Of a stretch of 64,000 bases of DNA, positions 25,184 through 34,788 are shown one piece after another. The DNA is from Lachnospiraceae bacterium (GTDB taxonomy: Bacteria; Bacillota; Clostridia; Lachnospirales; Lachnospiraceae): the NCBI GenBank assembly GCA_017431515.1, contig JAFRKV010000028.1, positions 17,004 through 81,003 on the forward strand, written 5' to 3'. Under the pieces are notes generated by a model. The model saw only the letters and a program-made list of their open reading frames with translations, had not been told where the DNA came from and made no database searches. Position numbers and translations under genes: made by a program. Position 1 is the first letter of the stretch, and every line of letters starts with the position of its first letter.

Positions 25184-26419
25184 TCAGATTTCGTGAAAAA
25201 ACAAACCGCTTCTGAGTTTCGGTTCAAACCAGGTGGACTTCGGCGGCATCAAAAGCCCCGCATCCGCCACCGCAAACAGTTCTTCAATGGTGGTGGGATA
25301 CATGGCGAATGCCACGGCGCAATCCGTATGAACACGATGCTCCAGCTCCGTCAACCCGCGGATGCCGCCCACAAAGTCGATCCGTTTGTCGGTCTTCGGA
25401 TCCCCGATCCCAAGCACCGGCGACAGCAGCAGCTTTTGCAGGAGGGAGACGTCCAGCCCCTCCACCGGATCCTTTGACTGATCCTCCGGGCGGATTCTGC
25501 AAGGATACCAGATCCCGTCCAGAAACATGGAAAATTGCCCTTTCTGCGTCGGATGGATGGGCACTGCGGATACTTCACCCACCTCAAACCGCTTCTCCAC
25601 CTCTGCCAGAAAATCCAGCACGGACAGTCCGTTTAAGTCCTTCACCACACGATTGTAATCCATGATGGCAAGCTCACTGTCCGGAAACAGCACGGACAAA
25701 AAGAAATTGAATTCCTCCGTCCCGTCATAGCCCGGATGCGCTTCCCGTCTTTTTAAACCGACCTTCACGGCGGAGGCTGCGCGATGATGGCCGTCCGCGA
25801 TATAGATCTGATCGATCCCGGCAAAGGAACACCGCAGGATGTCGATCTCCGTATCGCTGGAAATCACAAACACCCGGTGGCGCACGCCGTCCTCCGAGGT
25901 GAAATCATAAAGGGGCGCACCTTCCTTGGTTTTCGCAACAACTTTTTCGATGGCGTCATTCTTGCGGTACGCCAGAAAGATCGGGCCGGTCTGGGCGCCG
26001 ATGGTGTCCACATGGCGGATCCGGTCTTCCTCCTTTTCCGCCCGGGTGTTCTCATGCTTTTTGATCACGCCGTTCAGGTAATCATCAATGGAGGCTGCCG
26101 CCACGATCCCGGTCTGGGTGCGGTTCCCCATGGTGAGCTCGTAAATGTAGTAAGAAGGTTTCTCCTCACGGATAAAATCCCCGTCTTCGACCCTCTTCCA
26201 AAACAATTCCTTCGCTTTCTCATAAACCTCCGGTGCATAGGTGTCCACACTGTCCGGAAAGGACGTTTCCGCCCGGTCGATGGACAAAAATGAATCCGGA
26301 TTTTCTGCTACGATTTCTTTTGCTTCTGCCCGGTTATAAACATCGTAAGGCAGCGCGGCGATTCGCGCTGCCTTTGTTTCCACCGGTCTGATACAGCAAA
26401 ATGGTTTGATCACTGCCAT
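25184..26419 (-). CDS. DUF1015 domain protein
   Basis: 411 aa. The N-terminus MAVIKPFCCIRP...ALPYDVY is typical of DUF1015. Confidence 0.85.
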   Translation of the reverse strand: MAVIKPFCCIRPVETKAARIAALPYDVYNRAEAKEIVAENPDSFLSIDRAETSFPDSVDTYAPEVYEKAKELFWKRVEDGDFIREEKPSYYIYELTMGNRTQTGIVAAASIDDYLNGVIKKHENTRAEKEEDRIRHVDTIGAQTGPIFLAYRKNDAIEKVVAKTKEGAPLYDFTSEDGVRHRVFVISSDTEIDILRCSFAGIDQIYIADGHHRAASAVKVGLKRREAHPGYDGTEEFNFFLSVLFPDSELAIMDYNRVVKDLNGLSVLDFLAEVEKRFEVGEVSAVPIHPTQKGQFSMFLDGIWYPCRIRPEDQSKDPVEGLDVSLLQKLLLSPVLGIGDPKTDKRIDFVGGIRGLTELEHRVHTDCAVAFAMYPTTIEELFAVADAGLLMPPKSTWFEPKLRSGLFFHEI

Positions 26420-26446
26420 ATGTTTATCCGACTCCTTTACTTATGC

Positions 26447-27607
26447 TTAGATCGTCCTGACCCTGCGTACAAAATCCAGTTCCGAAAGGGCTTTGATGAC
26501 ATCTTCCGGCGCCTTGCTGTCATTGTCAATCAGGGTCACGGCGTAGTCGCCCTTGCCCTTGTTCATCATGTTGGCGATGTTGATGCCCGCGTCGCCGAAC
26601 AGCGTGGAAAACTTACTGATGGCGCCCGCGATGTTTTTATGCAGCAGCACGATCCGCTCCGCGGTTTCGCACCCGCCCATGGAGACATCCGGGTAGTTTA
26701 CGGAGTTCACGATATTGCCGTTTTCCACAAAGTCCCGCAATTCTCTGACTGCCATGGCTGCGCAGTTGTCCTCGGACTCCTCTGTGGAGGCCCCCAGATG
26801 CGGTGTGGTGATGACGCCTGGTTTTCCGATGGTGGTGGGATTGGCAAAATCCGTCATATAACGGTGCAGCTTCCCGGCGGCCAGCGCTTCCACGATGGCT
26901 TCCTCATCTACCAGCAGATCCCTCGCATAGTTCAAAACCACTGCCGTGGGCTTCATCAGTGCGATGCACTCTCTGGAGATCATCTTCTTCGTCGACTCCA
27001 TCAGCGGCACATGGATCGTGATGTAATCACATTCCCGGCAGATCTCTTCGATGGCCGTCACATGATGCACCCGCTGGGAAAGGCTCCATGCCGCCCGCAC
27101 CGAGATGTAAGGATCGTATCCGTACACGTCCATATCCAGATCGGAAGCGGCGTTTGCGACCCTGACGCCGATGGCACCCAGTCCGATCACGCCCAGCTTT
27201 TTGCCGGCGATCTCCGTGCCCGCAAAGGCCTTCTTCTGCTTCTCCGCGGTTTTCGCGATATCCGGGTCGTCTTTATTCTCCTGCGCCCATGCCACGCCGC
27301 CGCTGATGTCTCTGGCCGCCAGCAGCATCCCTGCCAGCACCAGTTCCTTCACGCCATTGGCGTTGGCGCCCGGTGTATTGAAGACCACAATGCCCTGCTC
27401 TGCGCATTTTTCCAGCGGAATGTTATTGACGCCGGCGCCGGCTCTCGCCACTGCCAGCAGCTGCTGCGGCAGCTCCAGTTCATGCATGGCTGCGCTGCGC
27501 ACCAGCGCGATGTCCGCATCGGCAAGCTCCGGAACGAGCTCATACTGCGCGGAAAAATTGTCTGTACCGGTCTTGCTGATCGGATTTAAGGTTACATATT
27601 TGATCAT
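26447..27607 (-). CDS. serA: D-3-phosphoglycerate dehydrogenase
   Basis: Has the NAD motif GVIGLGAIG, the 2-hydroxyacid dehydrogenase catalytic region and a C-terminal ACT-like domain. The start is taken at MIKYVTLNP. Confidence 0.9.
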   Translation of the reverse strand: MIKYVTLNPISKTGTDNFSAQYELVPELADADIALVRSAAMHELELPQQLLAVARAGAGVNNIPLEKCAEQGIVVFNTPGANANGVKELVLAGMLLAARDISGGVAWAQENKDDPDIAKTAEKQKKAFAGTEIAGKKLGVIGLGAIGVRVANAASDLDMDVYGYDPYISVRAAWSLSQRVHHVTAIEEICRECDYITIHVPLMESTKKMISRECIALMKPTAVVLNYARDLLVDEEAIVEALAAGKLHRYMTDFANPTTIGKPGVITTPHLGASTEESEDNCAAMAVRELRDFVENGNIVNSVNYPDVSMGGCETAERIVLLHKNIAGAISKFSTLFGDAGINIANMMNKGKGDYAVTLIDNDSKAPEDVIKALSELDFVRRVRTI

Positions 27608-27623
27608 GATCCTTTCTGTCCTC

Positions 27624-28706
27624 CTAACCGTTCTGTTTCTCAAAATCACTCATGAATTCCACCAGCTTCTCCACGCCTTCCTTCGGCATCGCATTATAGA
27701 TGCTGGCTCTCATGCCGCCCACCGTCCGGTGTCCTTTCAGATTCACAAAGCCCTTCTCCGTCGCAGACGCCACAAATTTCTTATCCAGTTCCTCATTGCC
27801 CGTCACAAAGGGCACATTCATCAGCGACCGGTCTTCTTTGACGACGGTTCCTTTGAACAGCTTGCTGCTGTCAAGGAAATCATAGAGAACCTTTGCCTTC
27901 TCCTCGTTGCGCTGCTTCATGCCGGCGAGACCGCCGTTTTTCCTGATCCACTTGAATACCTTGCCGCAGATATAGATCCCGTAGCAGGGAGGGGTATTGT
28001 AAAGGGAATCGTTGTCGCTCTGGGTCTTCCATTTCAGCATGGTGGGCGTGCCCGGAAGCACCTCATCCGTGATCAGATCCTCTCTGATGATATCGATCAC
28101 CACGCCGGCCGGCCCCACGTTCTTCTGTACGCCGCCGTAGACGACACCGTATTTCGTCACATCCATCGGCTCCGACAGGAAACAGGAGGACACGTCGGAA
28201 ACAAGGAGACGCCCCTTGGTATTGGGCAGGGTCTTGTACTTCGTGCCGTAGATCGTGTTGTTCTCACAGATATAGACATAGTCCATGTCGTCTGTGATGG
28301 GCAGATCCGAACAATCCGGAATATAGGAAAAGGTCTTGTCCGCAGAGCTTGCCAGCTCTACTGCTTCACCGTAAAGCTTCGCCTCCGCAAAAGCTTTCTT
28401 CGCCCACTGGCCGGTCAGGATGTAGCCGGCTTTCTTGTTTTTCATCAGGTTCATGGGCACCGCCGCAAACTGCTGAGACGCACCGCCCTGCAAAAACAGC
28501 ACCTTATAGTTGTCCGGAATGGAAAGGAGATCCCGAAGATCCTGCTCCGCCTCTTTGATGATCTCATCATAGACCTTGGAACGATGGCTCATCTCCATCA
28601 CGGACATGCCACAGCCTTTGTAATCCAGCATCTCATCGGCTGCTTCTTTCAGCACCTCTTCCGGCAGCACTGCCGGTCCTGCGGAAAAATTGTACACTCT
28701 GCTCAT
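27624..28706 (-). CDS. serC: Phosphoserine aminotransferase
   Basis: Starts MSRVYNFSAGPAVLPEEVL. 360 aa. Confidence 0.95.
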   Translation of the reverse strand: MSRVYNFSAGPAVLPEEVLKEAADEMLDYKGCGMSVMEMSHRSKVYDEIIKEAEQDLRDLLSIPDNYKVLFLQGGASQQFAAVPMNLMKNKKAGYILTGQWAKKAFAEAKLYGEAVELASSADKTFSYIPDCSDLPITDDMDYVYICENNTIYGTKYKTLPNTKGRLLVSDVSSCFLSEPMDVTKYGVVYGGVQKNVGPAGVVIDIIREDLITDEVLPGTPTMLKWKTQSDNDSLYNTPPCYGIYICGKVFKWIRKNGGLAGMKQRNEEKAKVLYDFLDSSKLFKGTVVKEDRSLMNVPFVTGNEELDKKFVASATEKGFVNLKGHRTVGGMRASIYNAMPKEGVEKLVEFMSDFEKQNG

Positions 28707-28724
28707 TCTCTCACTCCTCCTCTG

Positions 28725-30392
28725 TTATTCCAGAAAATCGCTGATGTCTGCGCCCGGTGCTACCATCGGAAGCACCTTGTCGTCGCAATCTATGATACAA
28801 TCTAGCACAACCGGAGCCTTTTCCGCAAGTGCCTTTGCAAATGCCTCGTCAAACTCCGCCTGCGAGGTGGCGCGGAATCCTTTCGCGCCCAGCGCCTCCG
28901 CCACCTTGACATAATCCACGCCGTCATCCAGCACCGTCGCGGAATAATGCTTCTGATAAAATGCCGTCTGCCACTGCCGCACCATACCCAGCACGTGGTT
29001 ATTGATGATCACTTCGATCAGCGGCAGGTGGTTGCGGGAGGCTGTGGCCAGCTCATTCAGATTCATGCGGAAACACCCGTCGCCGGCAATGTTCACGACC
29101 TGAGTCTTTGGATCTGCGATCTGCGCCCCGATGGCCGCGCCCAGGCCGTAGCCCATGGTGCCGAGACCGCCGGAGGTCAGAAAATGTCGGGGCTGCCGAT
29201 ACTTATAATACTGCGCCGCCCACATCTGATGCTGTCCCACTTCTGTGACGATCCGCGCTTTACCGCCGGTCATCTCATAAATCTTTTCCACGATGTAGGG
29301 ACCGGAAAGCCCCTCATGGTTGTAGGTCAGGGGATACTGCTTCTGATAGTCCGCGATGTGGGCCATCCACTCTTCGTGACTCGGGATGGATTTATGGGAA
29401 AGCTTTTCATTGACGGCTTTTAGGGTCTCCTTCAGATCTCCCATCACAAACGCATCCACGGTCAGATTTTTATTGATCTCGACGGGATCCACATCAAACT
29501 GCAAAATCTTCGCCTGATGGGCAAAGGTCTTGGGATTGCCCAGCACGCGGTCGGAAAACCGGGTGCCAAGCGCGATCAGAAGATCGCATTCCGAAACCGC
29601 GAGGTTGCTGGCTTTGCAGCCGTGCATGCCCAGCATGCCTGTGTAGTTTGGCTTCGTCCCGTCATAGGCGCCCTTCCCCATCAGAGAGTCGCAGACCGGT
29701 GCTTTCACCAGGGATACAAATCGGTCCAGCTCCTCCGATGCCTCGGAGATGATCGCGCCGCCGCCCACAAAGATCACCGGCTTTTTCGCCTTCTGGATCA
29801 TGGCGACGGCCTTGTCCAGATCCGCCTCCGTGATCTGATCCGTAAGAGGCGGCACGGGATCCGGTGTCACTGCTTTGTACTCGGTCTTGTTTGCAGTCAC
29901 GTCCTTCGGGATGTCCACCAGCACAGGACCGGGACGACCCCGTCTTGCGATCCGGAAGGCTCTGCGGATGGTCTCCGCGAGGTGCTTCACGTCCTTCACG
30001 ATAAAGTTGTGCTTGGTAATGGGCGTCGTGATGCCGGCGATGTCCACCTCCTGAAAACTGTCCTTGCCCAGCAGCGGAAGGGTGACATTACAGGTGATGG
30101 CCACCAGGGGCACGGAATCCATATACGCGGTTGCGATGCCGGTCACCAGATTCGTCGCGCCGGGTCCGCTGGTGGCAAAGCAGACTCCCACCTTTCCCGT
30201 CGTCCTCGCGTAGCCGTCTGCCGCATGGGACGCACCCTGCTCGTGGCTTGTGAGAACGTGTGTGATCTCCTCTCTGTGCAGATACAGTTCATCATAGACA
30301 TTTAAGATCGCACCGCCGGGATAGCCGAACACGGTATCCACGCCCTGCTCTTTCAGGCATTCGATCACGATCTGCGCTCCGGTTAATTGCAT
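28725..30392 (-). CDS. ilvB: Acetolactate synthase large subunit
   Basis: ThDP enzyme. Has MQLTGAQIVIECLKEQGVDTVFGYPGG and GLGTMGYGLGAAIGA...GDG. Confidence 0.93.
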   Translation of the reverse strand: MQLTGAQIVIECLKEQGVDTVFGYPGGAILNVYDELYLHREEITHVLTSHEQGASHAADGYARTTGKVGVCFATSGPGATNLVTGIATAYMDSVPLVAITCNVTLPLLGKDSFQEVDIAGITTPITKHNFIVKDVKHLAETIRRAFRIARRGRPGPVLVDIPKDVTANKTEYKAVTPDPVPPLTDQITEADLDKAVAMIQKAKKPVIFVGGGAIISEASEELDRFVSLVKAPVCDSLMGKGAYDGTKPNYTGMLGMHGCKASNLAVSECDLLIALGTRFSDRVLGNPKTFAHQAKILQFDVDPVEINKNLTVDAFVMGDLKETLKAVNEKLSHKSIPSHEEWMAHIADYQKQYPLTYNHEGLSGPYIVEKIYEMTGGKARIVTEVGQHQMWAAQYYKYRQPRHFLTSGGLGTMGYGLGAAIGAQIADPKTQVVNIAGDGCFRMNLNELATASRNHLPLIEVIINNHVLGMVRQWQTAFYQKHYSATVLDDGVDYVKVAEALGAKGFRATSQAEFDEAFAKALAEKAPVVLDCIIDCDDKVLPMVAPGADISDFLE

Positions 30393-30405
30393 AAAACTCT
30401 CTCTC

Positions 30406-32067
30406 CTAAATCTCCAATATCGCGCCGCGATTCCCGCTGGTCACCATGGATGCGTAACGCGCAAGATATCCTGTCGTCACCTTCGGCTCCCGCGGTTTCC
30501 AGTTTGCTTTCCGCGCAGCCAGCTCTTCGTCGCTGACCTTCAGGTTTAACGTCATGTTCGGAATATCGATGGCGATGATGTCGCCTTCTTCCACAAGGGC
30601 GATGGGACCGCCCAGCGCCGCTTCCGGCGAAACGTGTCCGATGGAGGCGCCGCGGGAAGCGCCGGAAAACCGGCCGTCCGTAATCAGCGCAACGGTACTG
30701 CCCAGCCCCATGCCCGCTATGGCAGAGGTGGGGTTTAACATCTCCCGCATGCCGGGTCCGCCCTTCGGCCCTTCGTAGCGGATGACCACCACGTCTCCCT
30801 CTTTGATTTTTCCGCCCTTGATGGCTTCGATGGCGTCTTCCTCACGGTCAAAGACCCGGGCCGGTCCTTCATGGGCCATCATCTCCGGCACCACAGCGGA
30901 ACGTTTGACCACAGAGCCGTCCGGCGCCAGATTGCCCTTCAGCACGGCCAGCCCCCCCGTCTTGCTGTAGGGATTGTCCACAGGCCGGATCACTTCCGGA
31001 TTCTTATTGACCGCGTTTGCAATGTTCTCTCCGATGGTTTTGCCCGTCACCGTCATGCAGTCTTTATTGATGAGCCCGATATCATCAAGCTCCTTCATCA
31101 CCGCATAGACGCCGCCCGCTTCGTTCAGGTCTTCCATATAGGTCGGACCCGCCGGCGCCAGGTGGCACAGGTTCGGGGTCTTTTCACTGATGGGATTCGC
31201 GAAGCTGATATCAAAATCAAACCCGACCTCGTGGGCGATGGCCGGAAGGTGCAGCATGGAATTGGTGGAGCACCCCAGCGCCATATCCACCGTCAGCGCA
31301 TTCAGGATCGCTTTCTTCGTCATGATATCCCGGGGACGGATATTCTTTTTCAACAGTTCCATCACTGCCATGCCTGCGTGCTTCGCCAGCCGCAGCCGGT
31401 CCGAATACACCGCAGGGATCGTCCCGTTGCCGGAAAGCCCCATGCCGAGCGCCTCCGTCAGACAGTTCATGGAATTGGCCGTGTACATCCCGGAGCAGGA
31501 CCCGCAGGTGGGACAGACATGGGTTTCATAATCCAGCACATCCTCCTCGGTCATGGTTCCCGCAGCGTAGGATCCCACCGCTTCAAACATGGAAGAAAGG
31601 CTGCGCTTTTTCCCCCGGACATGCCCTGCCAGCATCGGTCCGCCGGAGACGAACACCGTCGGTACATTCACCCTGGCAGCCGCCATCAAAAGTCCCGGTA
31701 CATTTTTATCACAGTTCGGCACCATGACCAGCGCATCAAACTGATGGGCGATGGCCATGCATTCCGTGGAGTCCGCGATCAGATCCCTGGTCACAAGGGA
31801 ATACTTCATGCCGATATGTCCCATGGCGATCCCGTCGCAAACTGCGATGGCCGGAAAAACCACGGGCATCCCGCCTGCTTCCGCGACGCCGAGCTTCACG
31901 GCGTCCACGATCTTATCAATATTCATATGTCCCGGCACGATCTCGTTGAAGGAACTGACAATGCCCACCATAGGCTTTTTGATCTCCTCCTGCGTAAAGC
32001 CCAGCGCGTTCAAAAGGCTTCTGGCCGGTGCCTGCTGCATGCCGGATTTCATATTCTCACTGCTCAT
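30406..32067 (-). CDS. ilvD: Dihydroxy-acid dehydratase
   Basis: Motifs [17 protein letters not shown]-like ([10 protein letters not shown]) and GGPIALV. Confidence 0.96.
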   Translation of the reverse strand: MSSENMKSGMQQAPARSLLNALGFTQEEIKKPMVGIVSSFNEIVPGHMNIDKIVDAVKLGVAEAGGMPVVFPAIAVCDGIAMGHIGMKYSLVTRDLIADSTECMAIAHQFDALVMVPNCDKNVPGLLMAAARVNVPTVFVSGGPMLAGHVRGKKRSLSSMFEAVGSYAAGTMTEEDVLDYETHVCPTCGSCSGMYTANSMNCLTEALGMGLSGNGTIPAVYSDRLRLAKHAGMAVMELLKKNIRPRDIMTKKAILNALTVDMALGCSTNSMLHLPAIAHEVGFDFDISFANPISEKTPNLCHLAPAGPTYMEDLNEAGGVYAVMKELDDIGLINKDCMTVTGKTIGENIANAVNKNPEVIRPVDNPYSKTGGLAVLKGNLAPDGSVVKRSAVVPEMMAHEGPARVFDREEDAIEAIKGGKIKEGDVVVIRYEGPKGGPGMREMLNPTSAIAGMGLGSTVALITDGRFSGASRGASIGHVSPEAALGGPIALVEEGDIIAIDIPNMTLNLKVSDEELAARKANWKPREPKVTTGYLARYASMVTSGNRGAILEI

Positions 32068-32097
32068 TCTTTCTGGCTCCTTTCCTTTTAATCACTC

Positions 32098-33198
32098 TCA
32101 GATTCTCTCGGCGATGGCGTCACCCATTTCCGCGGTGCCCACCTGCTTGATCCCCGTGGCGTCCTCTCCTTTTTGCGGGAGGATATCGATGGTCCGGTAG
32201 CCGTCCTGTAATACCTTCTTGACGGCCTGTTCCACCGCATCCGCTTCCTTGTCCAGATCAAAACTGTACCGCAGCATCATCGCCGCGGAGAGGATCGTCG
32301 CGATGGGGTTTGCAATGCCTTTGCCCGCGATGTCCGGCGCGGAACCGCCGCTGGGTTCATACAGTCCGAATTTCGTCTCATTCAGGCTGGCGGAGGACAG
32401 CATCCCGATGGATCCCGTCACCATGCTGGCCTCATCCGACAGGATATCGCCAAACATATTCTCCGTCAGGATCACATCAAACTGCTTCGGATCCTTCACC
32501 AGCTGCATTGCGCAGTTATCCACCAGCATATGGGAAAGGGTCACATCCGGATAGTCCTTTGCCACCTCTTCCACGATCTTCCGCCAGAGTCTGGAGGAAT
32601 CCAGCACATTGGCCTTATCCACGCTGGTCACCTTTTTCCGGCGCTTTCTGGCGATGTCAAAGCCTTTGATGGCGATCCGCCGGATCTCATCCTCACTGTA
32701 GACCAGCGTATCCGTGGCCACCGTTTTCCCCTCCACGGACTCCGTCTTTCGCGCCCCGAAATAAAGACCGCCGGTCAGCTCCCGCATGATCAGCATGTCG
32801 AAGCCGTCTCCGATGATCTCATCCCGCAGCGGGCAGGCCGCCCGCAGCTCCGGATAAAGATAAGCGGGACGTAAGTTTGCAAACAGATTCAGCGCCTTTC
32901 TGATCCCCAGCAGCCCTGCCTCCGGCCGTTTTTCCGGGGGCAGCTGATACCAGGGAGAGGTCTTCGCATCTCCGCCGATGGAGCCCATCAGCACCGCGTC
33001 CTGCGCCTTGGCAGCCGCAATCGCCTCCTGCGTCAGCGGTTCTCCGCAGGCGTCTATGGAGCATCCGCCCATCAGTATTTCCGTATAGGAAAAAGTATGT
33101 CCGAACTTCTTTCCGATATGATCCAGTATTTTTCTTGCTTCCGCCACGATCTCCGGACCGATTCCGTCTCCGGCGATCACGCCAGTCTTAAATTCCAT
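32098..33198 (-). CDS. leuB: 3-isopropylmalate dehydrogenase
   Basis: Motifs [23 protein letters not shown]-like ([13 protein letters not shown]) and [14 protein letters not shown]. Confidence 0.95.
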   Translation of the reverse strand: MEFKTGVIAGDGIGPEIVAEARKILDHIGKKFGHTFSYTEILMGGCSIDACGEPLTQEAIAAAKAQDAVLMGSIGGDAKTSPWYQLPPEKRPEAGLLGIRKALNLFANLRPAYLYPELRAACPLRDEIIGDGFDMLIMRELTGGLYFGARKTESVEGKTVATDTLVYSEDEIRRIAIKGFDIARKRRKKVTSVDKANVLDSSRLWRKIVEEVAKDYPDVTLSHMLVDNCAMQLVKDPKQFDVILTENMFGDILSDEASMVTGSIGMLSSASLNETKFGLYEPSGGSAPDIAGKGIANPIATILSAAMMLRYSFDLDKEADAVEQAVKKVLQDGYRTIDILPQKGEDATGIKQVGTAEMGDAIAERI

Positions 33199-33231
33199 CT
33201 CATTCCCTCCCTGGGCTGTACACTACGTTGT

Positions 33232-33267
33232 CCAAAATATTTAACAGGACGGCGCTGCGGCCGTCCT
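33232..33267 (-). terminator. Terminator after glcK
   Basis: The minus strand reads AGGACGGC-CGCAGC-GCCGTCCT followed by GTTAAATATTTTGG. Confidence 0.7.
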
Positions 33268-33278
33268 GACTGTCTTAC

Positions 33279-34217
33279 TTATTCATCCAAAATCAGCCTG
33301 GCCGATCCGTACATCCCCGCGTCGTTACCGAGGGTCGCCAAAGTGAACACCGTGTCCTTCAATGCGTGGAACGCATACTTTTGAAAGGCGGCATAAGCCG
33401 CATCCACCAGCGACTGCCCCGCTTTGGAAACACCTCCGCCGATGACGACGATCTCTGGGTTTGCAGTGTTGCACGCAGCGGCAAGTCCGAATCCGAGAGT
33501 CTCACAGTAACCCGCCACTGCTTGCTTCGCCAGCGCATCTCCTTCCCGCGCCGCGTCAAAGATGGCTTTTGCAGTCAGCTCCCCTTTCCGGAGTGCCGAA
33601 TCCGCAGGATCTTTTTCCAACAGCTTTTTCGTCATCCGAACATTGCCGGTTGCGGAAGCATATTGCTCCAGGCATCCTTTGTTCCCGCAGTTGCAGGCCT
33701 CCGCCTCGTCCTTATTGACCACAATGTGTCCGATCTCCGCGCCTGCACCGTGAAAACCTGTGATGATCTTGCCGCCGATGATCAGGCCTCCGCCCACACC
33801 GGTTCCCAGCGTCACCATCAGGACATCCTTATGTCCCTTGGCACCGCCCTGCCACATTTCACCCAGTGCCGCCACATTGGCATCATTCCCGACCCTTACG
33901 GGGAGCGAGAGAATCCCGGAGAGCTCCTCTCCCACTTTTTTCACGCCCCAGCCGAGATTGACGCAGCGGTTCACAGTGCCGTCCGGCAGCACCGCTCCCG
34001 GCACGCCGATTCCGACGCCTTCCACGTCGGATTTTTTCAGGTTCTTTTCCGTCAGCTTCTTTTCAATCGCATCCGCGATATCGGTCAGGATATGCCCGCC
34101 GTCTTCGCGCTTGTCCGTGGGGATCTCCCATTTCTCCAGAAGTTCCCCGGCTGTCGTCAGAAGTCCGATCTTCACCGTCGTCCCGCCGACATCGACGCCA
34201 AAGCAATACTTCTTCAT
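33279..34217 (-). CDS. glcK: ROK family glucokinase
   Basis: Motif GVDVGGTTVKIG and the ROK zinc motif CNCGNKGCLEQYAS. Confidence 0.88.
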   Translation of the reverse strand: MKKYCFGVDVGGTTVKIGLLTTAGELLEKWEIPTDKREDGGHILTDIADAIEKKLTEKNLKKSDVEGVGIGVPGAVLPDGTVNRCVNLGWGVKKVGEELSGILSLPVRVGNDANVAALGEMWQGGAKGHKDVLMVTLGTGVGGGLIIGGKIITGFHGAGAEIGHIVVNKDEAEACNCGNKGCLEQYASATGNVRMTKKLLEKDPADSALRKGELTAKAIFDAAREGDALAKQAVAGYCETLGFGLAAACNTANPEIVVIGGGVSKAGQSLVDAAYAAFQKYAFHALKDTVFTLATLGNDAGMYGSARLILDE

Positions 34218-34228
34218 CCGCCTACCTC

Positions 34229-34657
34229 TTACTTGCTCTCTTTCTTATCCTCTGTCTGCTCTTTCTTCTTGCCGAACAGACTGAAGCCTTTCTTCTCGGT
34301 GGTTTCCTTCTTGTCGTCCTTGGATGCTTTCTCTTCTACCGCCTGCTCCGGCTTTTCGATGGCCGCGATGGCGGAACGCTGCATCGGAATCCGGCAGTTA
34401 CGGTTGCTTCCGAATTCGATGATCACCGTGTCCTCGTTCACGTCAATGATGGTGCCGTAAAACCCGCTGGTGGTCAGCACGGTGTCGCCCACTGCCAGCT
34501 GATTCATCATTTCGTTTTTCTTTTTGGTTTCCTTCTGCTGCGGACGGATCATAAAGAAATACATGAACCCGACCAGAACCACGATCCAGACGATCATCAT
34601 GAGACCGCCGCCGGATGCTGTGCCGGTTGTCTGTCCGGCTGCCATTAAGATAGACAT
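34229..34657 (-). CDS. yajC: Preprotein translocase subunit YajC (with Lys/Glu-rich tail)
   Basis: Single TM span, then FFMIRPQQKETKKKNEM...GDTVLTTSGFYGTI. Confidence 0.85.
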   Translation of the reverse strand: MSILMAAGQTTGTASGGGLMMIVWIVVLVGFMYFFMIRPQQKETKKKNEMMNQLAVGDTVLTTSGFYGTIIDVNEDTVIIEFGSNRNCRIPMQRSAIAAIEKPEQAVEEKASKDDKKETTEKKGFSLFGKKKEQTEDKKESK

Positions 34658-34788
34658 ACTTTTTCCTCCCTAGTCTGAAAAAATCACTTTTACTATTCTA
34701 CACGTTTTCCGTGGCTTTGTCTATGCCTTCCTGACGGACATCAAAGGATGCACGTCACAGCCGCCCTCCGGGAAGCTTAAGACTGCTC

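Noticed and set aside
33199-33245. A possible CodY box (AAATATTTTGGACAA) or attenuator upstream of leuB.
   Set aside because: It is a poor match to AATTTTCWGAAAATT. The string also doubles as the U-tract of the glcK terminator, and no alternative leader structure fits in 80 nt.
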